A stretch of DNA of 63,405 nt, filler included, from Reticulomyxa filosa (Eukaryota > Protista > Foraminifera): NCBI GenBank assembly GCA_000512085.1. It is 16 parts of 16 records of this genome, joined end to end, with 100 filler letters (N's around TTAATTAATTAA, not from the genome) between each part and the next. Parts side by side here need not be neighbours in the genome. Positions count along the whole stretch, not along the records: positions 60,452 to 61,600 come from ASPP01009346.1; positions 61,701 to 63,405 come from ASPP01020390.1; 14 more parts are not named here. One strand, written 5' to 3'. Shown one piece after another: positions 61,536 to 63,405 of this stretch. Positions within the stretch are counted from its first letter, which is position 1, and each line of letters opens with the position of its first letter. A program made the translations under genes and the position numbers. The notes beneath the pieces are model-generated. The model did not search any database and had not been told where the DNA came from. It saw nothing but the letters and a program-made list of their open reading frames with translations.

Positions 61536-62894
61536 ACGTAGTGCTTATTTTATTAGTTTTTTTTTTTTTTTTTTAATTTATATAAGGATATATGTACATA
61601 NNNNNNNNNNNNNNNNNNNNNNNNNNNNNNNNNNNNNNNNNNNNTTAATTAATTAANNNNNNNNNNNNNNNNNNNNNNNNNNNNNNNNNNNNNNNNNNNN
61701 AAAAAAAAAAAAAAAAAAAAAAAAAGGGGAAATGTTCCTCAACAAGAGGAGGAAAAAAAATTCTTTCAACTTCAATAATGACAGAAAGAAAAAAAAAACA
61801 TACCACTTTCACTCGTGGAATTGTTTTGTCGTCAATAGTGCTTGTTGGTGGTGGTGTCTTCTCCCTCTCTCGCTTTGCTTGCCGAAATTCCGTCACACGC
61901 AATCCTTGACGCCTGGAAGGAGGATCACCGCTGCTCTCCACAAGGTTTTTGTTAATCGAGTTGGGTGCAGTCGCCTGAACAACACACATTTCCAACAAAT
62001 TACATCTTTTTCAGTACCTTTGATTCACTTTTTAAGGGTTTTATGTTTGCTCCACCGCAAAATATCCCTTTTGGTTAAAAGTGGCATTATTGCTTCATAT
62101 ATTCAATATTGTCACATATAGACAGTAAAGGAACAACACGTCGATAGTAAGGAGAATAAAAAAAGTGGATACGTACCATTATCCCCGTGTGTTCGATTCA
62201 AGAATGTCCTTCCAAAAGGTCCCCTCAAGTTTTTGGCTTCAAATTTTTTGTTTAAGCTGTTGCGTTTGTAGTTCAAAAATAAAATGGATTAAACGTTTTG
62301 TAATTTATCTCAACAAACATAAATTATTAAAAGCTGTTATTGAAAACAAATAATGAATATCTTCTTGCTTTGTATTGTTTCAAATATTGTTCCGATTCAA
62401 AAAATTTGCAATTCTATCATTTTAATACAAGAATTTTATTTAATCTGAAGGAATTCTTTTTTTTCATTATGGCTCATTTTTTTTGTTCAGGTAATAAGAT
62501 GTATCTTTATAAAGCACCTTTGTTTTTGGTTTGTCGTTAAAGACACCGACATGTCCCTATTTTTGTTCCACTTCCCAAACATTTTGTACAAATTAGAGAA
62601 AGTGTCCAAGCTCTAAAAAGATACCACAAAACACAAAATTCCATTCAAGAATTGCCAATCTTCTAATTCAGATTTTGAACAAGTTTGACACTTGAAGAGA
62701 GCAGAGACAAAGCTTTTTTTCTTAAAAGGGAGGCTAGTTCTGAAATCTGAAGAAATAGTGCTCATCAAAAGTTTGCAGGAGTTAGAAGCAGAACTAGTGT
62801 GTTATTGTTATTGTTACTTTATTGTCAGTAAGCCAGTTGGAAAACAGCGGCTTGGGGAAGACATTGTCAGTCAACCAACAGTCATTCAACACTA

Positions 62895-63361
62895 ATGGCT
62901 GCTCTTTTTTATTGCGGGCCCATATCAGGGACACTTCGAACCCAATATTATCGTGCAGTCAGCAAAAAAGCCTATGAGTATGGAAAAGCAAAAACAAACC
63001 AACCAAAAACAGCAGTGTTGTCGACTTGAAGAAAGATAACGTGATGAAAAAAACAAAACAAAACAATTTCCAAAGGATAGGTATTATATGCAAGGTAAAA
63101 TTTCTTTATATTCCGATGAAGCGATCGCGCGCATGAGAATAGCAGGGCGTTTGGCAGCGGACACATTGAGATATTTACATGACTTTGTAAAGCCCGGAGT
63201 ATCGACATTGTCATTGTCACATAAAGCAAAAGAGTACATTGAGGGTCACGGTGGGACGCCCACATGTATAGGTTACCGCGGATTTCCGCATGCCATTTGT
63301 TCCAGTCCAAATGATATCGCATGTCATGGAGTACCAACAGAAAAACAAATTCTAAAGCAAG
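62895..63361 (+). CDS. Methionine aminopeptidase type I, 5' exons (continues beyond the window)
   Basis: Exon 62895-62977 (MAALFYCGPISGTLRTQYYRAVSKKAY), intron 62978-63080, then KISLYSDEAIARMRIAGRLAADTLRYLHDFVKPGVST...GYRGFPHAICSSPNDIACHGVP. Confidence 0.88.
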
Positions 63362-63405
63362 GTTTAATTTTGTTTTTTTTTTGGAACTTAGAGATGAGTA
63401 TCAGT

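Noticed and set aside
6101-61700. Recurrent TTAATTAATTAA palindrome as a biological repeat or CRISPR-like array
   Set aside because: Always centred in an identical 100-nt N block, so it is an assembly linker. Adjacency across these gaps should not be over-interpreted.

Overview
AT-rich, intron-rich eukaryotic genomic DNA. It consists of 16 contig pieces joined by 15 artificial 100-nt N spacers that carry the linker TTAATTAATTAA. The gene-family content (expanded near-identical WD40 genes, NACHT/caspase/Kelch/U-box relics, several G-alpha genes, short T/A-rich introns) resembles the foraminiferan Reticulomyxa filosa; this is an inference. Recognisable genes: DHHC palmitoyltransferase, an intron-containing bacterial-type homospermidine synthase, a TMEM104-like amino-acid transporter, a 7TM-RGS protein, an ankyrin protein, TAF2, a PPTC7-like phosphatase, two G-alpha subunits, SKA1, a NUDT18-like Nudix hydrolase, a RING/TRAF-zinc-finger protein, WD40 genes and MetAP1. 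Mobile DNA: a decayed Tc1 transposon with intact termini plus many TIR/MITE relics, a short LTR family, and a non-LTR relic lacking RT. The most notable signal is missed by the ORF track: a 5-exon MsrA gene whose catalytic codon is an in-frame TGA split by an intron (GMG-U-FW, a selenoprotein). It ends in TGT-TGA-TAA (possible C-terminal Cys-Sec) and has a structured 3' region in which I could not find a canonical SECIS.
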